Below, piece after piece: positions 1 to 12,409 of a DNA stretch of 64,000 bases. A model generated the notes under the pieces. The model had not been told where the DNA came from. It saw nothing but the letters and a program-made list of their open reading frames with translations, and did no database searches. Both the position numbers and the translations under genes were made by a program. Origin of the DNA: Mobula hypostoma (Eukaryota); contig NC_086097.1 in the NCBI RefSeq assembly GCF_963921235.1, positions 24,616,001 to 24,680,000 of the forward strand, in the 5' to 3' direction. Position 1 is the first letter of the stretch. Each line of letters starts with the position of its first letter.

Positions 1-385
1 ATAGGTTAAGGGTGAAAGGTGACATATTTAAGGGGATCCTGAGAGGGAAGTTTTTCACTCAAGGGGTGGTACAAGTACTGAAAAAGCTGCCAGAAGAAGT
101 GGTAGATGCAGGTTCGATTTCAACATTTAAGAGAAGTTTGGATGATTAAACGGATGGGCGTTATAGAGGGCCATGTGTGGGCCAATGGGACCAGGCAGAA
201 TAACAGTTTGGCATGGACAAGATGGACCAAAGGGCCTGCCTATGTAGAGTAGTGACCCAAGGGCACTTAGATGGGTACATGGTTAGAAAGTTGGAGAGAT
301 CTGGGCCAATTGTAGGCAAGTGGATCTAGACTGGATAAACATCACGGTCAGCATGAACAAGCTGGGCCAAAGGGCTTTTCCCTTG
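1..385 (+). mobile_element. Degenerate CR1-type LINE 3' fragments (two adjacent tails)
   Basis: Decayed ORF2 C-terminus (tttttcactcaaggggtggt...ctgccagaagaagtggtagatgcagg) followed by 3'UTR motif (g)gaccaaagggcctg / gggccaaagggc, resembling the better-preserved CR1 at 56700-56900. Confidence 0.7.
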
Positions 386-679
386 AGACTCAGAGTATTC
401 TCTTACCCCTCACACCCTATCCTTTCTCGTGAGCTTATCCAGCCGCTCCTGGGGAACTGAGTTTTACAATCCAACCATGCTTAATAATTTGTTGTATTGA
501 TAAGCAGAAGATTCATATTTAAGGCCCTGGTTGTCCAACCCCCTTCCCTATGTTCAGCCTTCAAGACCTGGTTACAGCTTTAACCCACGTATCTATCAGA
601 TGCCCCTGTGGCAGTTCCCAGGTTTGCTCATTCTTTCCCAATGAATCTAACCACTTTTCCAGCCTTGTTCTTGTAAGTA

Positions 680-1085
680 GAACCTAGAACAGTGCACAGT
701 GTTGTGTTGATCTATATAAACCAACTCCATGGTCAATCTAATCCTTCCCACCTACTCAGCCTACTGCCCCCCGTGTTAATTACATCCACGCGCCAATCTT
801 TTTTAAAATGTCCCTATTGTATCAGCCTCTAGCACCACCCCTGGCAGTGCATTCCAGGCACCCACCAGATTCAGATACGGATTTATTTATCACATGTGTA
901 TTGAAGCATACTTCGGAATACATCGTTTGGGTTAACAATCAGCAACTTGGCTGGAGCCCACGAAGCCACCACACATTGCGGTACCTACGTAGCATGCCTG
1001 ACAAACTTGGTGTAAAAGCTGACCTCTGACTTCTCCCCTCCTCTTTCCTGTGCCCACCTTAAAACGATGTCCTCTGGTATCGGCA
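680..1085 (-). mobile_element. CR1-type LINE 3' fragment, interrupted by a short SINE-like piece at about 870-985
   Basis: tagaacctagaac tail and reverse complement of the CR1 C-terminus (ORF 932-1141 contains TRGHRFKV). Confidence 0.6.
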
Positions 1086-1709
1086 GTTTTACTCTTCTCT
1101 TTCTCCAGTGATTTGAGTACTGACAGCTCACTCAGGAGCAAAGTTCTTGGGTGCTATCTCTTCAGTTTAACGTTCTGGAAGTGAGTGAGATCTATGGAAC
1201 GGTTTCCAAGCCATGAAGTTGTATTATTATAACAGTGCCATAAGCACTCTTTTACTGAGAGACAATAAATGTCAGGGGATTTGACAAACATTCTCAGCAT
1301 GACTGCGACCAATCCCAAAATGTATTCAGTATCTCTGGGCTCTTCACAGTGTATATTAAAGCAATAACTCTTCCCAGGCAGCTTGTGGTTTTTGGAGGTT
1401 AGAGATGAAAAAAGGACTCAGTGCGGCTAATGGTGGGGATTCTAGCTTCAGTGGGCCCCTAAAAGCCTAAACATTATAATTAACTGACAAAGTGTGAGGG
1501 GCCTAACTAAGATGGAACACCAAATAGAGCCGTAATGGCACTGAGTGAAGCATCGCTTCAGGTTACGTGTCTGCCAGTCTTCCCAGAACGAATGGTGTTA
1601 CATGCCAGGGTTCATGAATTGCGGTTTTATTGCTTATCACTTTTAGAACATGGAACACAGAATGGAAACAGATACAGACACACTGATCCACATACTTTTG
1701 AATATGGGA

Positions 1710-2052
1710 TACAGAACATAGTACAGGCATTCAGCCCACAAAGTTGTACCAATCCTTTAACGCACTCCAAAATCTATTTACTGTTCACTCCCACATAACC
1801 TTCTATTTTTCTTTCATCCATGTACCTATCCAAGAGTCTCTTAAATGTCTCTGATGTATCTGCCTCTACCTGGATGTACTCACCACTGTCTGTGTAAAGA
1901 ACTTAACTCTGACATCCGCCCCCCACCCCCCCATACTTTCCTCCAGTCACTTTAAGGTTATGCCCCCTGGTATTAGCTATTTCTGGCCTGGGGAATAGAC
2001 TCTGTCCACTTTATCTATGCCTTTAAATGCTTTTAAACCAACCAACTCCTCA

Positions 2053-2102
<50 letters not shown>

Positions 2103-2111
2103 AACTCCTCA

Positions 2112-2161
<50 letters not shown>

Positions 2162-2690
2162 CCTTAGAACATAGAAGACTACTGCACAGCACAGGGCCTT
2201 TGGCCCACAATGTTGTGCTGACGTTTTAAGTTACTCTAAGATCAATCTAACCCTTCCCTCCTCCATTGCTCTCCAGTTTTCGATTATCTATGTGCCTTTT
2301 TCTTAAATGACCCTGTATCTGCCTCTACCAGCACCCCTGCCAAGGTGTTTCCACACACTCACCACTCCTTATGTAAAGAAACTTACCTCTGACATCTCCC
2401 CTATACTTTCTGCTTAATACCTTAAAATTATACCCTCATGTATTTCCATCCATGCCTGTCTACTTGCTCTATGCATCTTCTCATCTTGTACACCTCTATC
2501 AAGTCAGCTCTTATCCTCCTTCACTCCAAAGAGAAAAGCCCTATCTCAATCAACCTATTATCATAAGACATGCTCTCCAGTCCAGGCAGCATCCTGGTAA
2601 ATCTCCTCTACACACTCTCTGACACTCTCTGAAGTCTCTATGCTCTTCCTATAATGAAAAGGCAATCAAAACTGAACATAATATTCCACA
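1710..2690 (-). mobile_element. Two CR1-type 3' fragments flanking a CA/CT microsatellite
   Basis: agaacatag...ggcccacaatgttgtgc 3' end motifs at about 1712 and 2165; reverse-complement ORF2 C-terminal remnants. Confidence 0.7.
2055..2161. repeat. Compound (CA)n/(CT)n microsatellite
   Basis: Two (CA)n runs, each preceded by acaactcctcatc/ccaactcctcatc. Confidence 0.95.
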
Positions 2691-3339
2691 GTCCCACATA
2701 CAGACATAGAGACACATACACAGAGACTCAGACAGATACATGTATAGGTAATACACACATATATTTACACACTCAGAAACAGACATAAACACACACGCAC
2801 ACATACATAAACATGTGGGACACATGCGTACGCGTGCACCAACCTTGTTGCTCCTTGCGTAGAACAAAGGTTCAGTGCAGTCTCTTTGTCATAAACACGA
2901 ATGATTCTGCTGGTGAAGGATGACAGCCCAAAACATTAACTCTTTCTTCCGCTCCATAGCTGCTGCCTGACTTGCTGAACATTTTATGTGTGTTGTTCCG
3001 TCTCTTCAACCCTTCTTCAATGCATTTGGAGTATTGTATAAGACAGGCTTCTCTTCGTTTCACTTCATTTCAACAGCAACAAGAGCATCAGATTCAGGTT
3101 TATCCATTAAATTGGCAATAAGATGAATCTGATTTTCATCTTATCTTCTGTAAACTCAGTGCACATAAGCAATCTACAATGCACAAATACATTACAGCCT
3201 CCTGAAGCATTATCGTTCAGCAACCCTCATGCAGAATAATAGAAACAGACACTCTCAACAGAAATAGAAGCAAGTCTTGAATTCACCTTATGCTCTGGCT
3301 AATGTTAAGTACTCTCATTCTTTTGAAATGTGTGCATTC

Positions 3340-3575
3340 ACGCATGTGTCTCTCTATATCTGTGTGTGTGTTTATTTCATTGTGTCTGTGTGTGTGTATG
3401 TTTATGTCCGTGTGTTTGTCTGTGTCTGCATATGTGTGTGTGTGTGTGTGTGTGTGTACATGTGAAAGTGTCTGTATGTGGGTTGAGCCGAGCATGGGTT
3501 TGCATGTTTGTAGGTGTCTCTGTATCTGTGTGCATCTCTGGATTTGTATATCTGCACCCATTTTTGTGTGTCTCT
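3340..3575. repeat. TG-rich low-complexity tract with (TG)n core
   Basis: Directly visible; source of spurious Cys/Val/His/Thr ORFs. Confidence 0.9.
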
Positions 3576-3605
3576 AGATGTCAGCATTTTCTACATACAT
3601 TATGT

Positions 3606-3735
3606 GTCCCGATGAAGGGTCTCAGCCTGAAATGTCTTTATTCCTCTCCCCAGATGCTGCCTGACCTGCTGAGTTTCCCCTGCATTTAGTGTGCATTACT
3701 CTGGATTTTCAGCATCTACAGAATCTCTTGTGTTT
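3606..3735 (+). mobile_element. Penelope-like terminal (pseudo-LTR) fragment with degenerate hammerhead motif
   Basis: gtcccgatgaagggtctcagcctgaaatgtc...gatgctgcctgacctgctgagtt...ttcagcatctacagaatctcttgtgttt, homologous to 15801-15930. Confidence 0.75.
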
Positions 3736-4370
3736 ATGTGTGCACGTATTTTGTGTTGGGATTTATGTCTGTCTGTGCACGTGCTTGAACATACCAATGT
3801 ACACACCAACATATGCAGTAAGGACAAGATGCCATTCAATAACTCAAAGCTGCTCCATTCTTATGAAGATCTTGGTTGGCCTGATTGTAATTTCAACTCC
3901 ACACTCCTGTCTATCCACAGTAATCTTTCACCCCTTGCTTCTCAAGGATCTACTTCCAACATAAAAATATCCTCCACTCTGCTCCCTCAGAGTTTCAAAC
4001 AAAAGAGTTACAAAGACTGATGGACCTCTGAGACGAGAAAAGAAATGTCACCCCTTCTGTGCTCTAAATGCGATTCCTTTTACTTGGTTTTAGATTCTTC
4101 TGCAAGAGTAAACATTCGCTCTAAGTCCACCTTGTCAAAACTCATGCTTCAATCGAATTTTATTTTTATTTTATTTAGAAGTACAGCAAGTGATAGGCCC
4201 TTCCGGCCCATGAGCCCGCAACACCCATTGCGCCCATGTGACCAATTAAACAACTAACACGTACAACTTTGGAAAGTTGGAGGAAACTGGATCACCTGGA
4301 GAATGTACAAACTCCTTACAGACAGCAGCAGGAAATGAATCCAGGCTGTGGGTACTGTCATGCCTCACAC

Positions 4371-4672
4371 CAGGGCTTCCCAACCTTTTTTTACGCCATG
4401 GAGCCCTACCATTAGTGGTGAGTCTGTGGAATTTATTGCCACAGGAGACCGTGGAAGCCAAGTCATTGGGTATATTTAAGGCAGAGGTTGAGAGGTTTTT
4501 GATTAATCAGGGCATGAAGGCAAAAGATCAAGACTGAGAGGGAAATGGATCAGCCATGATGAAATGGTGGAACAGACTTGATGGGCCAAATGGCCTAATT
4601 CTGCTCCTGTAATTTATGGTCTTATGGTCTTGTTAACCGATGGGTCCGTGGACCCCAGATTGGAAATCACTG
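4371..4672. mobile_element. ~80-bp hAT-like MITE split by a CR1 3' insertion (about 4414-4632, + strand)
   Basis: Left half cagggcttcccaaccttttt...ccatggagccctaccatt; right half aaccgatgggtccgtggaccccagattggaaatcactg; uninterrupted relative at 39658-39738. Confidence 0.7.
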
Positions 4673-4884
4673 TATTACTCTAACCACTGTGTTACTTTGA
4701 CACTCGTGCTCTCTATCATTCTGTGTCATTCTTTGAAACAGCATGGGTACAAGTCTAATCTGCCCATCCTTTCCTCATAAGACTACATGCCCATACCAGA
4801 GAGCAGTTTGGTAAATTTCCTGCAAACAGCTTCCACCATATTGGCATTTTTCATCAAATGAGGAAACCAGTGCAGTACATAAAT

Positions 4885-5240
4885 GCTAGATTCTACAGAT
4901 GATGGAAATCCAGAGCAACACACCCAAAATGCTGGAGGAACACAGTAGCTCAGGCAGCATCTATGGAGAGGAATAAATAATTGACATTTTGGGCCAAGAC
5001 CCTTCATCAGGACTGTAAAGCAGGGGGCTACAATACAGAATAAGAGCATGGGGATGAAGTAAGAAGCTGGGAAGTGATAGGTCAAGGAAAGGATAAATGG
5101 CTGAAGAAGAAGGAATCGGATAGGAAAGGAGAGTGGACCATGGGAGAAAGAGAAGGTGGAGGGGAACCAGAGGGAGGTGATAGGCAGGTGAGAATGAAAG
5201 TGGTAAGAGGGAGGCCAGAATGGGGAATGGCAAAAGAGAG
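4885..5240 (-). mobile_element. Penelope-like 3' terminal fragment
   Basis: gattctacagatgatggaaatccagagcaacacac...gacattttgggccaagacccttcatcaggact followed by the purine-rich tract typical of this family. Confidence 0.75.
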
Positions 5241-5429
5241 AAGTTGGAACAAAGTTGTTATGGGACAATCCCCTAACAATAAACAATTCTGTTGGCTCTC
5301 ACAAATACTTCATTACTTTCAAAGTGCAGTTAGTACATTCAGTTTAATTGCTGTTATTGGCAAGGTACAAACATCAATATGTAAAGAGGAAATAGCTATT
5401 CATGAATATAATTAAACATAGTCATCATC

Positions 5430-5845
5430 AAGGTCAAAATAAAATCATTACTGATATACATATATGCCATCAGTTACTACCCTGAGATTCATTTTCTTGC
5501 AGGCATTTACAGGAAAATGAGAAATACAACAGAATGTATGAAAAAATATATATAAACAAAGACTGACAAATAACCAATGAGCAAAAGGAGACAACTTGTA
5601 AAATTTAAAAATAAATAAATAATACTGAGAGCATGAGTAGTAGAGTCCTTGAAAGAATCCATTCAGAGTTGAGGTGAGGGAAGTTATCCAGACTGGTTCA
5701 GGAGCCTTATGGTTTTAGGGTAATTACTGTTCCTGGCCCAGTGATAGTAGCAAGAACAGTGGCTGGCCTGGATTGTAGGGGTCCTTGATGATGGATGCTG
5801 CTTTCTTGTGGCAGCGCTCCTTGTAAATGTGCCCAGTGGTGGGGA
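5430..5845 (-). mobile_element. Rex1/Babar-type LINE 3' end
   Basis: 3'UTR accctgagattcattttcttgc family motif, plus ORF-end remnant (ggggtccttgatgatggatgctgcttt = KAASIIKDP on minus strand). Confidence 0.7.
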
Positions 5846-6354
5846 GCGCTCAAAGTGGTTTTATGAAAGGTAAATTTATTCAGATTCTATGAGGAGTTCC
5901 TGTAAAAGTCATTTGACAACATGCCACATATGAGTGGTTCATAAATTAAAAGTCTATTGAAAGAAGCGTGTTAGAATAGACTGAAAACTGGCTGTCTCAT
6001 AGAAAGAAGAGAGATGGTATAAATGGGTCCTTTTAAGACTGAAAGACGTTAGCTAGTTGTGTACTACAGGGCTAAGTTCTTGGCCCACAATTAGCATTGG
6101 TATTTGTTTATTATCTTCACATATACCAAGCTACAGAGAAAAGGTTACCTTGCGTACTGTTCATACAGATCAGATCATTACACAGTAGTCTGGGCTAGAA
6201 TAAGATAAACTACGAAGTAAATTTATTATTAAGGTACATATATGTCACCATATGCAGCCCTGAGATTCGCTTTCTTGCGGGCATGCTCAGTAAATCCAAG
6301 AACCATAATAGAATCAGTGAAAGACTGCATCCAACAGGATGGACAAGCGACCAG

Positions 6355-7400
6355 AATCAGAATTAGAATCATGTTTAATATCACTGGTGTATGTCACGAA
6401 ACTTATTGACTTAGCAGCAAAATTGTTAAATAGATAAATAAGTAGTGCAACATAGAAATAAAAAGGAGTGAGGTAGTGTTCATGGGTTCAATGTCCATTC
6501 AGAAATCACATGGCAGAGGGGAAGAAGCTGTTGAGGGTGTTTGCCTTTATGCTTCTGTACCTCCTTCCTGATGGTAGTAGTGAGCACAAGGCATAACTTG
6601 GGTGATGGGGGTTCTTAATGATAGATGCCACTTTCATAAGGCATCGCTGTTTGAAGGTGTCCTGGATACTACAGATCTTATTGCCCATGATGGAGCTGAC
6701 TAAGCTTACAACTCTCTGCAGCTTACTTCGATCCTATGCAGTAACAGCCCCCCACCCCTCATACCAGACGGTGATGCAGCCAGTTAGAATGCTCTCCATG
6801 GTACATCTGTAGAAAATTTCAAACGTTTTTGGTGACGTACCAAATCTCCTGAAACTCCTCATGAAGTATAGTCGCTGTCTTGCCTTCTTTATAACTGCAT
6901 TGATATATTGGGTCCAGGTTACGTCCTCAGAGATATTAACACCTAGGAATTTGAAATTACCCACTCTCTCCACTTCTGATCCCTCTATGAGGACTGCCTC
7001 GTCTTACCATTTCTGAAGCTCACAAACAGTTCTTTGGTCTGACTGATGTTGAGTGAAAGGTTGTTGCTACACCGTCATCAAACTAGTCGATATATCTCGC
7101 TCCTGTACGCCCTCTCATCACCATCTGAAATTCTGCCTACAATGGTTGTAACATCAGCAAATTTATAGATGGCATTTGAGCTGTGCCTAGCCACACAGTC
7201 ATGGGTGCAGAAAGAATAGAGCAGTTTGCTCAGCACACTCCTGAGGTGCAGCAGTGGTGAACGTTAGCGAGGTGGAGATGTTACTTCCAGTCTGCATAGA
7301 TTGTGGTCTTCCAGTTAGGAAGGCGAGGGTCCGGTTGCAGAGGGACGTTCAGAAACCCAGCTTCAGGACCTTTTTTGATCAAAACTGTGTTACAAGCTGA
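6355..7400 (-). mobile_element. Rex1/Babar-type LINE, 5'-truncated RT C-terminal region
   Basis: ORFs 6734-6973 (ERVGNFKFLGVNISEDVTW...KKARQRLYF...ESILTGCITVWY) and 6506-6688; (gattct)n-type tail at about 6355; homologous to 46045-47100. Confidence 0.85.
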
Positions 7401-7800
7401 GCTGTAGTCAACAAACAGTTGTAGTTTTATTCTCCCTTTCTAGTGTGCAAATGACAATAAACTGCAAATACAAAAGAAAGAAAAAGAAATAATAAATAAA
7501 TATCAAGAACATGAGAGGAAGAGTTCGTAAAAGTGAGTCCAGGGGCTGTGGGAGCAGCTCATGATGGGGCGAGTGAAGTTGAGTGACATTATCCCACTGG
7601 TTCACAGTGGAGAGCAGGTAAACAGTTAAATGCAAGATACATTATGGAAGCAATCTAAACCTGCACATGATATGAAAGCAGGTGGAAGGGCATGTTGTGA
7701 TAAAGATAATGTGATTCTGTAAAAAGATATACTGTAGATAAACTGAATGATCGGGTAAAATTCTGGCAAACGAAGTTTAATGTGGGACAAGCCTGTACAG

Positions 7801-8115
7801 TACAGTAGTGTAATGGTTAGCACAATGTTTGACAGCACTAACAACCTGGATTCAATTCCCTCAACCATCTGAAAGGAGGTTCTACGCTCTCCCCATAGCG
7901 ATGCGGGTTTCCTCCAGGTGCTTCACTTTCCTCACACATTCCAAAGACATATGGGTTAGTATGCCATGCTATGTTGGCGCCGAAAGCATGCCAACACTCG
8001 CAGGCTGCCCCAGCACATCCTCGTACTGTGTTGGTCATTGATATAAATGACACATTTCCTTGTATGTTTCAATTTTGTTATGTGCATGTGACAAATAAAG
8101 CTAATCTTATCTAGA
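7801..8115 (+). mobile_element. tRNA-derived V-domain SINE (HE1-like); further copies at about 4190-4360(-), 13750-14045(-), 17020-17310(+), 19010-19300(-), 20745-20965(-), 21925-22200(+), 32870-33120(+), 53835-54120(+), 54950-55195(-), 59870-60135(-)
   Basis: A-box-like gtagtgtaatggttagc, B-box-like ggattcaattcc, V-domain core gcgggtttcctccaggtgcttcactttcctcacacattccaaagac. Confidence 0.75.
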
Positions 8116-8478
8116 TCCTGCATTTCTGTAAGAGAAATCCAAAAGCAGGTTACCATCTAAATGGACAGGGACTGTTAGACAGGTTACAGAGAGACCCAAA
8201 TGTTCTGGGGAATAAATTGCCTACAGCTGGCAGGCAAGTCCAGCAGGTAGTTAAGAAGGCAAATGGCAATTTTGACCTTCATTACAAAGGGGTCGGGGTT
8301 TAAAAATAGAGGTTTTGTTGCATTGTTACAGGGTATTGTTGAAGCAACACCTGGAATCTTACACACAGGTTACGGAGAAATGACCTAGAAGAGGAGTTGA
8401 AGCCAGGATAGATGAGCCAGGATTATATTGAATGATGGGACAAGCTTAAAGGGGCCTGACGGCTTTTCTCTGCTCCTA

Positions 8479-8480
<2 letters not shown>

Positions 8481-8523
<43 letters not shown>
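8481..8523. repeat. (TG)n microsatellite
   Basis: About 21 perfect TG units. Confidence 0.95.
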
Positions 8524-8524
<1 letters not shown>

Positions 8525-9454
8525 TGAATATGTGGAAGTTCCTTTATGTTTGCAAGTTTTTTGGCTCTTCTTTACCTCACTGTTGAAATATTCTCGAAAT
8601 TCTTGGAATTTTAACCATCAGGAAAGATTAGTTTCATCCATGTTATTTACCCCATAGGAAGAATCCATTCATTCCATTGAGTACAGAAACCTATTAATGC
8701 TCCACATGAGCCTCCCCTCTCCCAATCTCTCCCCATTCCTCCACTTCATGGTAAGACTATTACGCACCTTGACAATAAGTCCAAGGCAGTCAATGCAAGG
8801 GTTAACCTCCATGTCCTGAATGGGGTGGACTAAGGGAGGTTGCAGCCCAGCAGGGCAATGGGTCTTTATCTAAGTTGTCTGTAAATCTGGATGTTTTGAA
8901 CTTACAAGCAAAAAGTTTTAGATGTAAATTAAATCTTGATAAGAGAAATGCGTGTGAGAAAAGTTGTCTGGTGCATTTCAGACATAAATGTGTTGGAATG
9001 GAGTGGCTTTGGCAGCTTGTTGATTGTGTTTATCTCAGTTTATACTGATAACGAATATTGCCCTGTCCAAGCGTGCTCAGCAAGGTGAAATGTAGTCATT
9101 GACAGTAGAGGTGTCTGTGAGTTAATGGAAAGTGCAGAGGGAGATAAAGTGGCCAAATGCCAGGGAAATTACTCCCAGCTCAGATGTTGCACGACAGACC
9201 TCGGGAAGGAGCTGTGTCTCCTCAGGGCTACTTTCACATTCTGCACAGACGATTTCACAGGACCTGTTGGTGTGTTTGCAGTTGTGAAGCCAAGCTTGCT
9301 TAAGAAGAAGGGAAGATTCATGTCTGCACAATAGGAAGTTACAAACAGCACCTGGAAGACTAATGGGATGCTTCATACTGTCAAAATCAGAATCACAGCC
9401 TAACGGGATGTTCTATAGCGTTGTAGAGTCATACAGCACAGAGACAGGCTGCCT

Positions 9455-10520
9455 ATAAGCAATGGGAGACCAAGCTCAAACTAGAAGAACAACAGCTCAA
9501 CCCGGGCAGTCAACAACCCAATGACATGAACATTAAATTCTCTAGTTTCAGGTATCCTCCCCTCCCACCCGTCCCTGTCCATTTCCTCTTGTCATGGTCT
9601 TAAACACAAGAGATTCTGCAGATGCTGGAAATCTTGAGCAACACAGAAAATGCTGGAGGAACTCAGAAGGTCAGGCAGTATCTGTGGAGGAGAATAAACA
9701 GTCGACGTTTCAGGCTGAGAAACTTCACCAGGACTGGAAAAGAAGGGGAGGAAGCCCAGAATATGTAGGTAAGCAGGAGGGGAAAGAGTACAATCTGGTT
9801 GGTCATAGGTGAGTGGGAAGTTGGGATGAATTAAGGAGCTGGGAGTGGATTGGTAGAAGAGATAAAGGACTGAAGAAGAAGGGGTCTGATAGGAGATGTC
9901 TCTGGACCGTAGAAGAAAGGGAGAGAGGAGGGGCATCAGAGGGAGGTGATGGGTAGGCGAGTAGAAGAGAAGGTGGTGGCCAGAATGGGGAATAGAAAAA
10001 GAGAGGAGGGAGAAGGGAGAAATTGCCAGAAGTTGGAAAAATAAATGTTGATAGCATCAGTTTGGGGGCTACCCGGGCAGAATAGAAGTGTTGCTCCTCC
10101 AGCCTGAGTGGAGGCCATGCTCAGACATGTCAGAATGGGAATGGGAACTCTAATAGAGTTGGGTGGCCACTGTGAGACCCTGCCTTTTGTCAGGTGCTCG
10201 ACGAACTGGTCCCCCAATCTACATCACGTTTCACCAATGTAGAGGAGGCCACGCCTGGAGCACCAGATACAATAGACGACACCTATAGGTTTACAGGTGA
10301 AGTGTCGCCTCACCTGGAAAGACTGTTTGGAGCCCTGAATGGTGGTGAGCAAGGAGTGTAGGGGCAGGTGTAGCCCTTGTCACGCAGGGATAAGAGCCAG
10401 GAGGGAGATCAGTGGGAAGGAATGAGTGGCAATAGGAGTCTTGGAGAGAGTGATTCCTACAGAAAGATGAGTAGGGGAAGAAGGGAAAATGTGCTTAGTG
10501 ATAGGATCCCATTGAAGATG
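9455..10520 (-). mobile_element. Penelope-like element remnant (GIY-YIG end plus terminal repeat, minus strand, 9600-10520) with a short opposite-orientation piece at 9455-9590
   Basis: Minus-strand GDQFVEHL and FQVRRHFTC-type remnants homologous to 38138-38700; the plus-strand piece encodes KLEEQQL...PNDMNIKFSSFR. Confidence 0.75.
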
Positions 10521-11110
10521 ACTGCTGATTCAAAGCAGATGTGTAGAAGCTCATCTGTTTCCTCAGAGCAGCACGGTACAACCTTCTGTACTGAGTCCAC
10601 ACATTTCTGCTTCGATTTGAATACAGGCTGGTGGTCTGATTTACCAAATTGTTGGGGAGGGGTGTAGCTCTCTAAGCATCTTTGATGATTGTATAGCAAT
10701 GTCAAGGGGGGTTAGACCCCTGGTGGAACAGGAGACATGCTGGTAGCATTTTGGTAGCTGGCCTGGTTGAGGTCACTAGTAATGCCGAAGAAGACTTCCA
10801 GAGTCTCACATGTCAAGGCCTTGGAGTATCATTCATTGAGGGCAAGCTTCATGCCTGCCCTGGGGGTGGGGTGGTGATGCAGACAGTCATCAGGATAGCT
10901 GAAGTGAATTCCTAAGGAAGGTAGTACAGGTGATAGTTCACTGTTAGATATTCCAGGCTTGGGTGCACAGGTATTCACCAGGACCACCATGTCTGAGCAC
11001 CACAAGGTGTTGATTAGGAAGCAGCCCCCTGCTCCTCCAACTTTGCCCAAGGACAGACTGTGGTCTATCTAGTGAATTGAGAAGCCCTCAAGTCATACAA
11101 CACAGACAGG
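10520..11110 (-). mobile_element. Decayed Rex1/Babar-type LINE, endonuclease region
   Basis: FGKSDHQPV...ETDELLHICFES and GGCFLINTLWCSD motifs; homologous to 48050-48600. Confidence 0.65.
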
Positions 11111-11640
11111 TGAAGTGCACATAAGCCATGTTTCAGCGAGACATAGCACACCACAATCCCCCAGCTCTCAGTATAAAATAGTTATCTGAAAAATTCGGAT
11201 CCCATATTGAGTGTGGAAGACAGTACTGTTCTAGGTCAGGAGATAATGTGCTGTTCCTCAAGGTCATATTGAGATTCATTGCAAAGGCTAAAGGAAGTAA
11301 CACCATAGGTCGTACAACTGGGAAACAGGTTTCATGGCCTAGCTGGTTCATACCAACAAAGAATCCCATCTAGGCTAGTTCCATTTGCCTGCATTTGGTC
11401 CATAGATCTTTAAACACTTCCTATTCATGTACCTGTCCACATGCCCTTTAGTTGCTATTCCATTGTTAAAGGTCAGAGTGGCAGTGGGACAAACAATTAA
11501 AATTATAAGCAGTTGGTTGAAGATTTCTCTTCTTGATGAACATTAATGAGCCAGCAAAGTTTAACAAAAAAGCAGATGATGTACTGTAGTTACAACATTA
11601 ACACAGCGGATTCCAGTTAATTGGGCCATCGGTTAATTGG

Positions 11641-11829
11641 AAGAAGAAGAATAGCCCTTAACTTGGCAGTGGAGTTATCGGGGAACCGTCATGACAGTGT
11701 TTCCGTAGCAAGCTATTCTTGTTTTTACGAGGCCGAGTTGCTACCTCGATGCTCAACCCGACTTGGATTTGAACTTGTTAACCTTCGCTCCGGAGTCCGG
11801 CGCTGATATTATTGCGTCACCAAGCGGGA
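11641..11829 (-). mobile_element. tRNA-headed SINE with (CTT)n tail and a 14-bp TSD
   Basis: Perfect TSD catcggttaattgg at 11627-11640 and 11830-11843; minus-strand B-box-like gttcaaatcc; CpG-rich; relative at about 63310-63500. Confidence 0.8.
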
Positions 11830-12409
11830 CATCGGTTAATTGGGGCAGCCACTTAATTGGGATATCTTTTAGAGAACAAAAACTAATCGTGAAAACAGCC
11901 AAGATTCTCTTCATTTTGTTTATTTGGGACACTATACCGCTTAGCTGGGACAGGAGAGTGTTGCCAACCAGTTTCTAACTCGTGTCAGTCACATGTACTT
12001 ATGTGGCCGTTGGACACTACACTGTGCTTAGAGTGAACAGTTTTTAAATAGTATTGGTTGCATGTTGTTTGTGTTCAAAAAGCTGTCACTGATATTTGGT
12101 GAAAATAGCAGTGAAAGACAATTCCAAAACGTTTTGCTCAGGGGTTCAAGCATTCAGGTTTCCAGATGCCGGAAATGGCCCGCGAGGGAAAATGAAATGA
12201 TTTTCATACCTCAACAAGTTTGAAACTCCGGAAAATTTGAAGGTATCGACAATCATCTTGAATGTTACAATGAAAATGAAATTTGGAGGATGCGATCATC
12301 GAAAGCATTGTGTGAAGGCAGTCATTATCTACACTAGGTGTCCGCACTGATTTTGTTCATTTGCAGTCAATCAAAAGACATGGCAGTGGCCACTGGATGA
12401 ATTCCTCTG

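Noticed and set aside
3277..3689. Cys/Val- and His/Thr-rich ORFs (also at 2017, 2649, 29598-30562)
   Set aside because: Translations of TG/CA microsatellite and low-complexity DNA
4783..5415. Pro/Ser/Leu- or Gly/Arg/Glu-rich ORFs (also 9592-10217, 15495-15959, 37672-38138, 61965-62436)
   Set aside because: Biased-composition Penelope 3' non-coding region read in stop-poor frames
7801..7865. tRNA gene
   Set aside because: A/B-box-like head of a decayed SINE; no cloverleaf evident
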